From positions 1-59,963 of IMG/VR virus record IMGVR_UViG_3300030104_000859: a DNA stretch of 59,963 nucleotides; one strand, 5' to 3'. Positions within the stretch are counted from its first letter, which is position 1; each line of letters opens with the position of its first letter. Under the pieces are notes generated by a model. The model saw only the letters and a program-made list of their open reading frames with translations, did not search any database and was not told the origin of the DNA. The stretch is from a virus (Duplodnaviria > Caudoviricetes). The translations under genes and the position numbers were made by a program. Shown here in pieces: positions 9,422 to 18,920 of the stretch.

Positions 9422-12099
9422 TAGCTATATTCCTGTGATAAAATTGCTTGTATATTTTCACCTGTATCGTCACTTGAAATAGAAGCAACAATATAATCCA
9501 ATCTATCTACGGCTCCATTAGATGTAGAGAAGGTTGGATCTGTACCTGCTGGAAACTTCCAACAAGCATTCCATGATAATGTACCACTACCACCTGACTG
9601 TACAAAAAAGACACTGCCTACCTGACCTACTCTTGCATTGGTTGGTCTAGCCATAGTATGCCCTGCTGTAACAGTTGTTAAAAAGTTTTGTGCTATACCA
9701 AAGTTAAGAGAGACAGAAGTTACACCATTTATAGCTGTTGTATGTACGGCTGCTGCTGCTGACTCACTTAGTTGTAGTTGACCTTCAAGAGAAGTATTAC
9801 CACTTACTCTGACTGTACCTAAAAATCCTGAGTTACCTGTTATAGTGGCAGTACCACCAACTGCAAAGTTACCTGTTAGAGTTGTATTACCTACAATAGT
9901 AACTGTTCCACCAACAAAGAGATTAGTACCTATAGATACATCACCACTTACCGAAACATCTCCATCAAAGTTAGCATTGCCTGTAGCTTGGAAAGTACCT
10001 CCTACAGATACATTGGTAGCAACATCAACATCTCCTGATACTGAAACATCTCCCTCAAATACTGCTTTACCTACTACAGTAACTGTAGAACCTAATTGAG
10101 TAGCACCTGTAATTGTTGCTGTACCACCTACTGATACATTACCTGCTGTATCTATATTGCCTGATACGGATACATTGCCATCAAATACTGCATTGCCAGT
10201 TACTTGAGATGTTCCACCTACTGAAACATTGCCACCTAAATCTACATTACCTGATACAGAAACACTATCTTCAAATATAGCAGCACCTGCAACAGTTACT
10301 GTAGATCCAAACTGACTTGCTCCTGTAGCTACAAGTGTTCCCCCTATAGATGCATTCGTAGCCACATCTATATCTCCACTTACAGATACATCCCCTTCAA
10401 ATACAGCCTTGCCTACAACCGTTACAGTAGATCCTAGCTGTGTAGCTCCTGTAGCAGTAAATGTGCCTCCTATAGAAGCATTAGTAGCTACATCAAGATC
10501 TCCAGAAACAGATACATCACTTTCAAAGATACCTACTCCTGCTACTGTTACAGTTCCACCTACATAAAGATTACCACCTATAGTAGCATTATTAACTGAT
10601 ATATTACCTTCAATAGATGCTGATATATTTGTTAGATTAGAACCATCTCCAAAGAAAGCAGAAGCACATACCTTACTACTTACATGTACATCTCCCTTTA
10701 CAGTTACATTCCCTCCTATAGAAACATTACCACCTACATCCAGAGTACCTCCAACTGAAGCATTAGTGCTTACTCTCATAGCACCACCTACTCCAAGATC
10801 TCCTGTCATAGTAGTATTGCCTACAATAGTTACAGTACCACCTACAAAAAGATTTGTTCCTATAGATACATCACCACTAACAGATACATCACCATCAAAG
10901 TTTGCATTACCAGTTATCTGTGCAGTCCCTCCAATAGATACATTACCTGCTGTGTCAATATTACCAGAGACAGATACATTACCGTCAAATACTGCATTAC
11001 CTGTAACCTGTGATGTACCTCCTACAGATAGATTACTATTTACATCCAGTGTTCCACCAAGACTTGTATTACCACTTACTCGAACAGTTCCTAGAAAGCC
11101 TGAATTACCAGATACAGTTACTGTACTTAGAAAGTTAGCAGCACCTCCTACAGAGAGAGTAGATGCTAGACTTGCTGCACCACCTACAGTTACAGTTCCA
11201 CCTAGATTAGTATTGCCTGATACAGATACATCATCTTTAAAGGTAGCTGCTCCTACAACATTAAATGGTCCAGATACTGATACACTTCCACCTACATGTA
11301 TAAATCCTGATACTGAAATATTTGTAGCAATACCTAGTTCTGCTTCTACGTTTGTAAGGTTCGAACCATCACCATAGTAGTATGCAGCAGTTACATTACC
11401 ACTTACTTCTACATCATCTTTAAAAGTAGCTTTACCTGTACCTGTTAATGTACCACCTACCGAAACATTGGTAGCAACATCTATATCCCCACTAACAGAT
11501 ACATCATTCTTAAATTCTGTCTTACCTGTTATCTGTGCTGTACTACCTACTGCAAGTGTACCACCTACTGAAGCATTTGTTGCTACGTCAAGATCACCAC
11601 TTACGGATACGTCACCTTCAAAGACAGCTTTACCTACAACTGTTACTGTAGAACCTAATTGAGTAGCTCCAGTAGCTGTTAGTGTTCCACCTATACTTGT
11701 ATTACCTGCTGTATCTATATTACCAGAGACAGAAGTATTTCCTTTAACAATTACATTACCACCAAAGTTACCATCACCAGCTACAGTAAGACTGCTTACA
11801 GATACATCTCCACCTATAGAAGCTGTAATACCACTAAGATTAGAACCGTCACCAAAGAAAGCACTTGCACAAACTTTATCTGATACCTCTAGTCCACCAC
11901 CTACACTTAAATCACTTGTTATCTGTCCTGTACCTACAACATTTATTCCTGATCTAGATACCTTTAATGCTGTATTTGTACCATCCCCACTTTGAACAAA
12001 AGCTGCTGAAGCTTGTACTCCTACATTAGTCGTACTAGAATTTATAAGCAATAACTGCTTATAAGTTCCCGATATTAGTTTTCCTGTTAAATCTGTCAT
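9421..12099 (-). CDS. Long repetitive tail fibre (VSVSG / VGGT beta-repeats)
   Basis: Dozens of ~18-aa repeats such as FEGDVSVSGDLDVATNASVGGT, three GDGSNL motifs, and a C-terminal fibre domain shared with 4744..5673. Confidence 0.75.
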   Translation of the reverse strand: MTDLTGKLISGTYKQLLLINSSTTNVGVQASAAFVQSGDGTNTALKVSRSGINVVGTGQITSDLSVGGGLEVSDKVCASAFFGDGSNLSGITASIGGDVSVSSLTVAGDGNFGGNVIVKGNTSVSGNIDTAGNTSIGGTLTATGATQLGSTVTVVGKAVFEGDVSVSGDLDVATNASVGGTLAVGSTAQITGKTEFKNDVSVSGDIDVATNVSVGGTLTGTGKATFKDDVEVSGNVTAAYYYGDGSNLTNVEAELGIATNISVSGFIHVGGSVSVSGPFNVVGAATFKDDVSVSGNTNLGGTVTVGGAASLASTLSVGGAANFLSTVTVSGNSGFLGTVRVSGNTSLGGTLDVNSNLSVGGTSQVTGNAVFDGNVSVSGNIDTAGNVSIGGTAQITGNANFDGDVSVSGDVSIGTNLFVGGTVTIVGNTTMTGDLGVGGAMRVSTNASVGGTLDVGGNVSIGGNVTVKGDVHVSSKVCASAFFGDGSNLTNISASIEGNISVNNATIGGNLYVGGTVTVAGVGIFESDVSVSGDLDVATNASIGGTFTATGATQLGSTVTVVGKAVFEGDVSVSGDIDVATNASIGGTLVATGASQFGSTVTVAGAAIFEDSVSVSGNVDLGGNVSVGGTSQVTGNAVFDGNVSVSGNIDTAGNVSVGGTATITGATQLGSTVTVVGKAVFEGDVSVSGDVDVATNVSVGGTFQATGNANFDGDVSVSGDVSIGTNLFVGGTVTIVGNTTLTGNFAVGGTATITGNSGFLGTVRVSGNTSLEGQLQLSESAAAAVHTTAINGVTSVSLNFGIAQNFLTTVTAGHTMARPTNARVGQVGSVFFVQSGGSGTLSWNACWKFPAGTDPTFSTSNGAVDRLDYIVASISSDDTGENIQAILSQEYS

Positions 12100-12419
12100 A
12101 TCAAATCCCAAGCTCTATTGGCATCATCGTACTTTGTTGTATGCCGTGTTTCTTCTAAAGTAGTAGGATCAACTGTAATCCAACTGTTCTGTATATTCCA
12201 TAGTGTTCCCCTACCACCATCATCAGGTCTAGGATTACGAATAGCAGGATTATCTTTTACATTTGGTACTTTATTTTGAGGATGATTTTTTAAATCATAC
12301 TGTCCTTCAAAGTCTTGAGGACATACCAATAACCCATAACTATTTAACCTCATTACTCTATGTGGATAAACAAATCCACACATATCACATACGGCTAATG
12401 CATTCTTTTGTGTAGCCAT
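12096..12419 (-). CDS. Conserved phage protein with CxxC...C motif
   Basis: 'AVCDMCGF.Y......GLLVCPQDFE...HPQ' motif; follows the adaptor gene. Confidence 0.6.
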   Translation of the reverse strand: MATQKNALAVCDMCGFVYPHRVMRLNSYGLLVCPQDFEGQYDLKNHPQNKVPNVKDNPAIRNPRPDDGGRGTLWNIQNSWITVDPTTLEETRHTTKYDDANRAWDLI

Positions 12420-13096
12420 TAATTATAAAATGTTAGTCTAGGCAATAGATAGATACTAGATGTTTCTCTATCCTCTTGTAAAGCCCTTCCTAATATTTCC
12501 TCATAGTTAGTTTTTAACATTGCAATCTTTGTGTCTGGTACTAATGGTCTTTTCATAGACATATAGTAAGCCAGCCCACAAGTTAGAGCAGGTAAAAATC
12601 TTTTAGGAGCATCTGCATTTTGTATAGCTGATTTATTTACATCCTGTAGTTCTTTAACAACTTCTAACTTTAAAGTATCTGTAGAGTTCTCTGGTATAGG
12701 CCAAACAGATAATGTTGGATTATCTCTTCCTCTACGAATAGTATATTGATTAGGTTTACCTGTTTGTGTCTTTGCAGGTATAAGCATATATTCTTCTGGA
12801 GTAATACGAGTAAGTTTTACATCTGTATTAGATCTGCTAATTACAACCTCAAGAGCATTAATAGTACTGCTATCTAAACTATAGCTAGTTACTGAAGTTG
12901 TAAGAGTAAAAGAAGATGTACTTGTAGACCAGAGAAGAACTCCTCTATTCTGCCAATCCTTTAGCATTAGATTAATAGAACGTCTAGCTGAAGCAGCTTC
13001 ATTTGCAAGAGTACTTTCACCCCCTATCATTTCAGAGGCTTCTTGAATTACTTCATCTATATCTAGATTAAAGTTATATGTTCCTGATACTGCCAT
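12419..13096 (-). CDS. Head-tail adaptor / tail tubular protein A-like
   Basis: 'MAVSGTYNFNLDIDEVIQEA...ARRSINLML.DWQNRG..LW' and 'P.RFLPAL..GLAYY' motifs; synteny. Confidence 0.65.
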   Translation of the reverse strand: MAVSGTYNFNLDIDEVIQEASEMIGGESTLANEAASARRSINLMLKDWQNRGVLLWSTSTSSFTLTTSVTSYSLDSSTINALEVVISRSNTDVKLTRITPEEYMLIPAKTQTGKPNQYTIRRGRDNPTLSVWPIPENSTDTLKLEVVKELQDVNKSAIQNADAPKRFLPALTCGLAYYMSMKRPLVPDTKIAMLKTNYEEILGRALQEDRETSSIYLLPRLTFYN

Positions 13097-13389
13097 TATT
13101 TCTTAACCTTTTTTCTTCTAACATTTTTTTTCTTTTTTGTAAATGTTTTTACCATTGTTGGTTTACCACCAACTCCTTGTGCTTTTGATCTTTTTCTAGT
13201 TACAGCACTCTTTCTTTGTGATGCTGTCATTTTACTTGCTGTAGATCTTGGTACACATTTTGGATATTTTCTTTTACTTTTTTTAGCAGACTTACGACCA
13301 CATGGTTGAAATTTTCCCTTTTTTTTAGGAGCGCCTATATCTACCCAATCTCCTTTCGGTCCTTTTCCAAACCATTCTTTTAAACTCAT
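13096..13389 (-). CDS. Basic small protein (KYPKCVP motif)
   Basis: Lys/Arg-rich 97-aa ORF. Confidence 0.6.
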   Translation of the reverse strand: MSLKEWFGKGPKGDWVDIGAPKKKGKFQPCGRKSAKKSKRKYPKCVPRSTASKMTASQRKSAVTRKRSKAQGVGGKPTMVKTFTKKKKNVRRKKVKK

Positions 13390-13553
13390 TTATAAGTTCC
13401 ACCACGTTTTTTATAAGTTTTAACTAACCAAGCATTAGCATAAGCACTAGGATAAACTTTAAACTTCTTTTTTGCTTCTGACTTTACTCTTGAATAAAGA
13501 GAAGGATTAGAAGGTTTAGGAGATTTTGATTTTGTTTTTTTAGCTCTAGCCAT
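13386..13553 (-). CDS. Basic 55-aa protein (YPSAYANAWLVKTYKKRGG), not in the ORF track
   Basis: Manual translation; ATGA overlap with the next gene. Confidence 0.65.
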   Translation of the reverse strand: MARAKKTKSKSPKPSNPSLYSRVKSEAKKKFKVYPSAYANAWLVKTYKKRGGTYK

Positions 13554-13556
13554 AGA

Positions 13557-13697
13557 CTACTGCCTTTCATCTTCTTCTATACATTCTTTACATTTACAAT
13601 TTTTACAAACCATTATAGCTTTATCATTAGGATCAACAAACTTTTTTAAAGTTCTACCACAATGACACTCATGACCACAGTTGCCACAGTTGCCCAT
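13557..13697 (-). CDS. 46-aa Cys/His-rich peptide, not in the ORF track
   Basis: MGNCGNCGHECHCGRTLKKFVDPNDKAIMVCKNCKCKECIEEDERQ; fills the operon gap exactly. Confidence 0.65.
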   Translation of the reverse strand: MGNCGNCGHECHCGRTLKKFVDPNDKAIMVCKNCKCKECIEEDERQ

Positions 13698-13700
13698 AAA

Positions 13701-13841
13701 CTACCGTCTGGTCCTTCCACCACCTTTACGTCTAACAACACCACCTTTAGATTTGTACTTAGTCTTTTTAGCCATGCCACCACCCATACGTTTAACGACA
13801 CCACCTTTAGACATATACTTAGTTTTTTTTCTTCCGGGCAT
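13701..13841 (-). CDS. 46-aa protamine-like basic peptide with KGG repeats
   Basis: MPGRKKTKYMSKGGVVKRMGGGMAKKTKYKSKGGVVRRKGGGRTRR; GGAGG SD upstream. Confidence 0.65.
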   Translation of the reverse strand: MPGRKKTKYMSKGGVVKRMGGGMAKKTKYKSKGGVVRRKGGGRTRR

Positions 13842-14505
13842 TTTTATCTTCCTCCATATAAAGATTATTAAAAGTAATATTAGGGTCCATATAACTATTG
13901 TCAATTTCTGCTGAATGAATATATTGACTTGGAGTAAAATCTGGTACTCCTTCACCTGTTACCCATAAAGCAGGATTTGTAACTCTTACTCGATTATTTG
14001 GCAATGCTATTATATTTCCTGTATATTTATCAGCATCTATAAGTTCTAAAACATGTGACTGTTTATGTTGTGCTGGATCGTCAGCTATTGCATTGTCTGT
14101 ATAATCTACTGTAAACATATATCTTCCTGTATAAAATTCTCCATCTATTTTACAAAGCCAAGGGCTTGATGATACTCTATCCATAACTATTACTGAATGA
14201 TTTCTAGAAGAACAGTCCCAAGGTTGAGCTAAATGTGTTTGCATTAATGTAGGCCACTCTTCTAATTCAGTGTCAGCTATTAAAGCTGTTATAGGCATTC
14301 TAGCCCACATTGCTCCACCATGTATATTTTCTTCTTCATCACAACCTGTAAATACAATATTAAAACTTAAACATCTGTCTGGTATTGTATTAACGGCTAT
14401 AGCTAGTGCATGTAAATATTCTCCTTGATAGTTTTGGTGATTATTTGTAAATTCTTTTCTTACCCAACATTTAAAGTGTGGCATGTTTGAACTAAGATAT
14501 GGCAA
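13819..14505 (-). CDS. Conserved phage protein of unknown function
   Basis: Globular 228-aa ORF with GGAMWARMPI, QPWDC and GNIIALPNNRVR motifs. Confidence 0.7.
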   Translation of the reverse strand: MPYLSSNMPHFKCWVRKEFTNNHQNYQGEYLHALAIAVNTIPDRCLSFNIVFTGCDEEENIHGGAMWARMPITALIADTELEEWPTLMQTHLAQPWDCSSRNHSVIVMDRVSSSPWLCKIDGEFYTGRYMFTVDYTDNAIADDPAQHKQSHVLELIDADKYTGNIIALPNNRVRVTNPALWVTGEGVPDFTPSQYIHSAEIDNSYMDPNITFNNLYMEEDKNARKKKN

Positions 14506-14511
14506 AATTAA

Positions 14512-14829
14512 TTAACACCTCCATCTTTTTCTAGCTTGTCTTAATCTGCTATTTGGATTCTTAGCAGCCTTTGGAAACTTCTTCATTTGACCTGCTGATC
14601 TAGCACAATATGATTTACGTCTTTTAGCATCCTTACTTCCTTTTTTAACCTTACCTGTTACAGCAGTCTTTAATTTAGATCCGGGGTTCTGCCTACGATA
14701 TTTATCTACCCCTTTCTTTGTCATTCCAGCACCAGACTTGGTAGGACGTTTACCTCCTCCTCCAATAGTAATACCTTTCATATTACTAGGTTTTCTTTTT
14801 TTCTTTTTCTTTTTCTTTTTTACTGCCAT
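14512..14829 (-). CDS. Basic protein (RRKSYCARSAGQ...RLRQARKRWRC; DUF6321-like)
   Basis: Recognisable motif of phage head-module basic proteins. Confidence 0.65.
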   Translation of the reverse strand: MAVKKKKKKKKRKPSNMKGITIGGGGKRPTKSGAGMTKKGVDKYRRQNPGSKLKTAVTGKVKKGSKDAKRRKSYCARSAGQMKKFPKAAKNPNSRLRQARKRWRC

Positions 14830-15043
14830 AAGTATACCTATATTTTTCTTTTAAGTATTCCGAAGTATCGTTCCAATAGTTAGCAAATGTTTTATAATTA
14901 TTTCTTTGAGGTTGTATCTGTGTTGTATCTACTAAACTACAATTATCTTTTTTATCATCTACAGATTTATTATATCTTTTTATAAATTCTTTTTTAGATA
15001 CAACTTCTTTTACCTTACCAGTATATATTTCTATTATTTCCAC
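14786..15043 (-). CDS. Hypothetical protein
   Basis: ORF within the operon. Confidence 0.45.
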   Translation of the reverse strand: MEIIEIYTGKVKEVVSKKEFIKRYNKSVDDKKDNCSLVDTTQIQPQRNNYKTFANYWNDTSEYLKEKYRYTYGSKKEKEKEKKKT

Positions 15044-15051
15044 GTTTATTT

Positions 15052-15231
15052 TTAATCTTCTATTTTAAAAGCTTTACCTTGTTCATAGTCTTCATCAACT
15101 ACTACATCTTGAGGTTTACCTACAACGGATGGTCCTTTACGTGCAGCACCAAATCCTTGTCCAGTAGGTTTACCTACTATCTCATCCAATTTAGCTGGAC
15201 GTTCTAGTCTTGTATGTGGACCTAATCCCAT
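15052..15231 (-). CDS. Small protein (MGLGPHTRL...GQGFGAARKG)
   Basis: GAGGAG SD upstream of the ATG at 15231. Confidence 0.55.
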   Translation of the reverse strand: MGLGPHTRLERPAKLDEIVGKPTGQGFGAARKGPSVVGKPQDVVVDEDYEQGKAFKIED

Positions 15232-15311
15232 TTTAACTTCTCCTCTTTCTACGTTTCTTTTTACGTTTCTTTTTGCCCGGATTCTCAATTTGTTTCCTAG
15301 CACTACTTCTA

Positions 15312-15755
15312 CTAATCATAACTTGAATCTACAACTTGACCACCTGTCATACGATAAGTGATCCTACCACCATGTTTCTTTTTATTATAAAATGAAGCTT
15401 TATTAAAATCATCAAGACCTTCTTCTTCAAATAATCTTTTATAATTTTTACCACTAATATAAGGATTATGAAATGTTGGAGCAGATTGAATCATTGTAGG
15501 ATCACCTGCTATCTCTTTATCTTTAGCCTTTATTTTTAATTCTTTAACTTGTTTTTTTATTTGAGGCATAGACTTTTTTTCTCTTTTACGAGTTTCCTTT
15601 TTTTTATTTTTTGTTTTCTTTTTTTTATTTTCTAATGTGCCACCACCTTTTTTAGTTACAAGCATACTTAGACCATCTTTAATTTTCTTTTTAGCTCCTT
15701 TAGGAATAGAAGAAGAGCCTTCTTTCATATATTTATTTAAAATTTTATCTTTCAT
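15312..15755 (-). CDS. Basic hypothetical protein with xxGG motifs
   Basis: Lys-rich ORF within the operon. Confidence 0.6.
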   Translation of the reverse strand: MKDKILNKYMKEGSSSIPKGAKKKIKDGLSMLVTKKGGGTLENKKKKTKNKKKETRKREKKSMPQIKKQVKELKIKAKDKEIAGDPTMIQSAPTFHNPYISGKNYKRLFEEEGLDDFNKASFYNKKKHGGRITYRMTGGQVVDSSYD

Positions 15756-15756
15756 T

Positions 15757-16437
15757 TTATGATGCTCCTTGTGCTATAGTATCAGGACCACCAGCAGGAG
15801 ATGCAGCTACAGCCATATCATCCTGTCTTGTTCTTCTAGCCTGATTATTAAGTTTTAATATTGAATTATTATATTCATTCTGCCACACTTGAAGTGTAGT
15901 CCAATCTTTCATATACATTGTAGCTTCTACCATGCATCCTGCAAAGAGAGCTTCATAACAATAGTCACTAAAATAATTTTGGGTAGTTACACTTGTACCT
16001 GTAGCAGAAGCTAGAGGTAGTGGCTGAGATTGGGACTGTATCTCTACAGTCAGTGCCGATACTGGTGTAGGTACAATCTTAATACTTGAATTATTTTTTC
16101 TTGCATAATATCTAGGTGTATTTGTTGATGCACTAACAGGCCAATAGTCATTTGCATATTCTATTGTTCTAGGAAGTAGATTAGTTACTGTTGTTCCTGT
16201 ACTTACTTTATAGTTTACATTACGAACAATACGAACTCTATCATTTAAAGATACAGTTCCAGCATTGCCAGATGATACAGATATATTTGTATATTCATCC
16301 AGACCAAAGTCATCCAGATCTTTAATCATACGAAATTCGGTTTTCTTTACAAAAGCAGAAACCTGTGTTGCAAATTCTGTAGAGTCGTTTTCAGTCGTAT
16401 TAATTAAGTCTGTCTTTAAGTAAGAAAAATTAGGCAT
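15757..16437 (-). CDS. Head-tail adaptor/connector protein
   Basis: 'MPNFSYLKTDLINTTEND', 'PRYYA', 'IVPTP', 'RR.RQDD' motifs; lies downstream of the capsid gene. Confidence 0.6.
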   Translation of the reverse strand: MPNFSYLKTDLINTTENDSTEFATQVSAFVKKTEFRMIKDLDDFGLDEYTNISVSSGNAGTVSLNDRVRIVRNVNYKVSTGTTVTNLLPRTIEYANDYWPVSASTNTPRYYARKNNSSIKIVPTPVSALTVEIQSQSQPLPLASATGTSVTTQNYFSDYCYEALFAGCMVEATMYMKDWTTLQVWQNEYNNSILKLNNQARRTRQDDMAVAASPAGGPDTIAQGAS

Positions 16438-16438
16438 A

Positions 16439-16780
16439 CTAACCTACAAAAGCTGTAAGAACACAACCATCTGTAGGACCAGATACACTAACAACACCAT
16501 AGACAGGAACACCAAGTTCTCCCATATAAATATCTGTTGCTTCGTTAGCTGCTACCTGAAACTTAATAGCTGTACCTTCTGCTGTTTTATTAGTAATCTG
16601 TCTTTGTCCCTTTATAGAATATGATCCAGCAGCAGTTGCTAAAGCATGAACAGCCAGTATACGAGTTACAGATGGATTATTACCATCGGCTGTTCCGTTA
16701 TCTCCAACAGTTGCATCATTTTCTACAAATGTGAGAACAGCATCACCAGTTGCTATTGCTGCTTTAATATTTGTACTCAT
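16439..16780 (-). CDS. Small beta-rich virion protein
   Basis: ORF immediately after the MCP gene. Confidence 0.55.
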   Translation of the reverse strand: MSTNIKAAIATGDAVLTFVENDATVGDNGTADGNNPSVTRILAVHALATAAGSYSIKGQRQITNKTAEGTAIKFQVAANEATDIYMGELGVPVYGVVSVSGPTDGCVLTAFVG

Positions 16781-16800
16781 GATCTCTCCTTATAGTAGTA

Positions 16801-16824
16801 GGGAAGTAGCCGAAGCTACTCCCC
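16801..16824 (-). terminator. C(UUCG)G hairpin after the capsid gene (terminator/stabiliser)
   Basis: Minus strand GGGGAGTAGC-TTCG-GCTACTTCCC; no strong U tract. Confidence 0.55.
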
Positions 16825-16835
16825 CACATTTAGTC

Positions 16836-17756
16836 CTAAGTTCCTGCACTACCGAAGTAACCTCTCCAATCGGAGACACCGAAACTATATCGTTCCCTTG
16901 CCTTAAATCGGAGATTACCAGTATCAAAGTCAGGTTCCATCTTAGTTTGAAGAGGTGAACGTACAAACATTTTAGCTCCGTTTGGTACGTCAGTCTTAAT
17001 AAAATAAGATGTAGTATCTGTGAACCTTCTATTGATATGATATCCTTCAGGTAACATTCCCATATGACGAGTAGCATTGATTGCATTCGTATTTGGATTA
17101 GCAGCAGCAGCACTTGTTTGAGTGTTGCCGGGGCTAGATAAAATACGATCTGCAATAGCCCATGAGTCAACAGGGATATGCAATGAAACAGCACTTGCAC
17201 CAATTAGAATACCACGATCATCTTTGATCTTCTGTACATTGGTTAATGCAGTTTCAAGAGTTGCTTCCGAAAGATCAGCAGCAGCCATTAGGTTGCTCTG
17301 GTTTCCATCAGAAATTGTTGGGTGTGCAGCAGAGAAGAAAGCAGCACCATCACCAATAGTATCAGAGAAACCATTGTTGAATAGATTTGCAGCCTTAACC
17401 TGTTTTGTATTTGCCATTGCTCTAGCAAGACCTTTTGCACGAAGTTTAGCAAAGGTATCATAAAGATTATCTTCCATTGCTTCTTCAGTGATTGCAAAAG
17501 CTAAAGCTACAGTTTCAGCAGTATAACGTGCTGTGTAGCTTTCTTGAGCATCGTCATACGAAACAGCAGCACCTTCACCTTTGGTTGGGGCAGAGCCGAA
17601 ACCTGTGAATAGTACTTCTTCTTCAAATGCACGATCTGAGTTTTCTACATCGAAGAGGACATCATGTTCATTGTCCACTTCTCCATACTCCATACCGAAT
17701 ACAGCATTTAAGCCCGGCAGGAGTTCTTTACTAATACTAGCTCTATTAATAGCCAT
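16836..17756 (-). CDS. Major capsid protein
   Basis: MAINRASISKELLPGLNAVFGMEY...ALAFAITEEAMEDNLY...DFDTGNLRFKARERYSFGVSDWRG, a recognisable MCP family of aquatic phages. Confidence 0.9.
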   Translation of the reverse strand: MAINRASISKELLPGLNAVFGMEYGEVDNEHDVLFDVENSDRAFEEEVLFTGFGSAPTKGEGAAVSYDDAQESYTARYTAETVALAFAITEEAMEDNLYDTFAKLRAKGLARAMANTKQVKAANLFNNGFSDTIGDGAAFFSAAHPTISDGNQSNLMAAADLSEATLETALTNVQKIKDDRGILIGASAVSLHIPVDSWAIADRILSSPGNTQTSAAAANPNTNAINATRHMGMLPEGYHINRRFTDTTSYFIKTDVPNGAKMFVRSPLQTKMEPDFDTGNLRFKARERYSFGVSDWRGYFGSAGT

Positions 17757-17771
17757 GATTAATTCCTCCTA

Positions 17772-18386
17772 TTAAGCCGTTGATGCCGTAGCCGTTACAT
17801 AACGGTCACGGTGAGTATTAAGATAAACTTCTACGATTGGATATGCATCCCCATCACCTTCGTCAGGGAATTGCGCTCTAGCAATACCTCGAACAGCAGC
17901 AACGGCTTCTGTACCTGATGCTCCATCAAGATAATAACTAGATTGTCCTGTTACAGTACTTCCAGAGGATGCTGTAGAACTGACCGTTACATTATAGTTT
18001 TTAACGATCAACATCTCAGCAGCCGATAAAGTTAGTGATGCCTGAATATAATAAGTTTGATCAGGATCAGTTATTACGAAAAATTTAATATCCGTAGCAC
18101 TTGTTCCACCGGGCCAATACCGGGAGAATTTCTGCTCACCATTTTCAACATATTGACAACCCATAAATACTCCAGAAGGTTTCAACGTAGCAGCAATATA
18201 CGGAGATATTGTTGCAAAGTTTGCACCCGGAAGTACTACTGGATCACCAGTAAAAATACTATTAGTTGGTGTACCAGCTAGGCCAGTAGATGACCAAGCA
18301 ATGATATCAGTTACAGCTTCATTGTTGTAACCACCACCTTTTTTACGAGCAGGAGTAAAGCCACGAAATGCTTTAGTAGTAGACAT
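17772..18386 (-). CDS. Capsid decoration/minor capsid protein
   Basis: 'IFTGDPV', 'GVFMGCQY' and 'VITDPD..Y.IQ' motifs; lies directly before the MCP gene. Confidence 0.6.
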   Translation of the reverse strand: MSTTKAFRGFTPARKKGGGYNNEAVTDIIAWSSTGLAGTPTNSIFTGDPVVLPGANFATISPYIAATLKPSGVFMGCQYVENGEQKFSRYWPGGTSATDIKFFVITDPDQTYYIQASLTLSAAEMLIVKNYNVTVSSTASSGSTVTGQSSYYLDGASGTEAVAAVRGIARAQFPDEGDGDAYPIVEVYLNTHRDRYVTATASTA

Positions 18387-18415
18387 ATTACACTCCTTTA
18401 GTTATTAAAGGTAGG

Positions 18416-18904
18416 CTAGTCTTGAAAAGAAGGTTGCCGACCTTTAGTTGTTACCGATTTACTTGTATTAGAGATTGGCATACGAGAGTCAGAGCTTTTC
18501 ATCAGTTGTGCATTAACTGCATCCATTTGATCATTAGCCTTTTTCTCATAAAATCTCTGTCTAGCCTTTACCTTGCCACTTTGCATTTTAGCTAAAGCTA
18601 AGTCTCCACGACAGACTGTACCTTGGTATCGGCCATCTTCCCTTACGAAGGATGTAACACCCATTTCAGGAACTTCATCAGGAGTTACGAAGACCCATCC
18701 CTCTTGTAGTCTTTTACCTACATTTGAAATGTCATCTTGACCTCTTACAGATATGCGAATCCAACGAAGAGACATTTGTTCTCCATCAAATCTAGCTTGT
18801 ACCGATTCTGGTATTTCAAGGGCATCTGGCTCCTCAAAGGTCCATTCTTCTTCTCTTGTTTCAGTTTCTCTAGTTTCGTTACTACGTAATTGATTTCGTG
18901 TCAT
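18416..18904 (-). CDS. Conserved head-module protein
   Basis: 'RWIR....GQDD..NV..RL.EGW.FV' and 'GDLALAK' motifs. Confidence 0.65.
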   Translation of the reverse strand: MTRNQLRSNETRETETREEEWTFEEPDALEIPESVQARFDGEQMSLRWIRISVRGQDDISNVGKRLQEGWVFVTPDEVPEMGVTSFVREDGRYQGTVCRGDLALAKMQSGKVKARQRFYEKKANDQMDAVNAQLMKSSDSRMPISNTSKSVTTKGRQPSFQD

Positions 18905-18920
18905 TAATCTTCTCCCACGT

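Noticed and set aside
9845-11662. Plus-strand ORFs (9845, 10766, 11468) with Pro/Thr repeats
   Set aside because: Antisense shadows of the repetitive fibre gene; no SD.
16790-17203. Overlapping ORF as a T7-style capsid frameshift extension
   Set aside because: No convincing slippery site seen, and it would add only about 15 residues.
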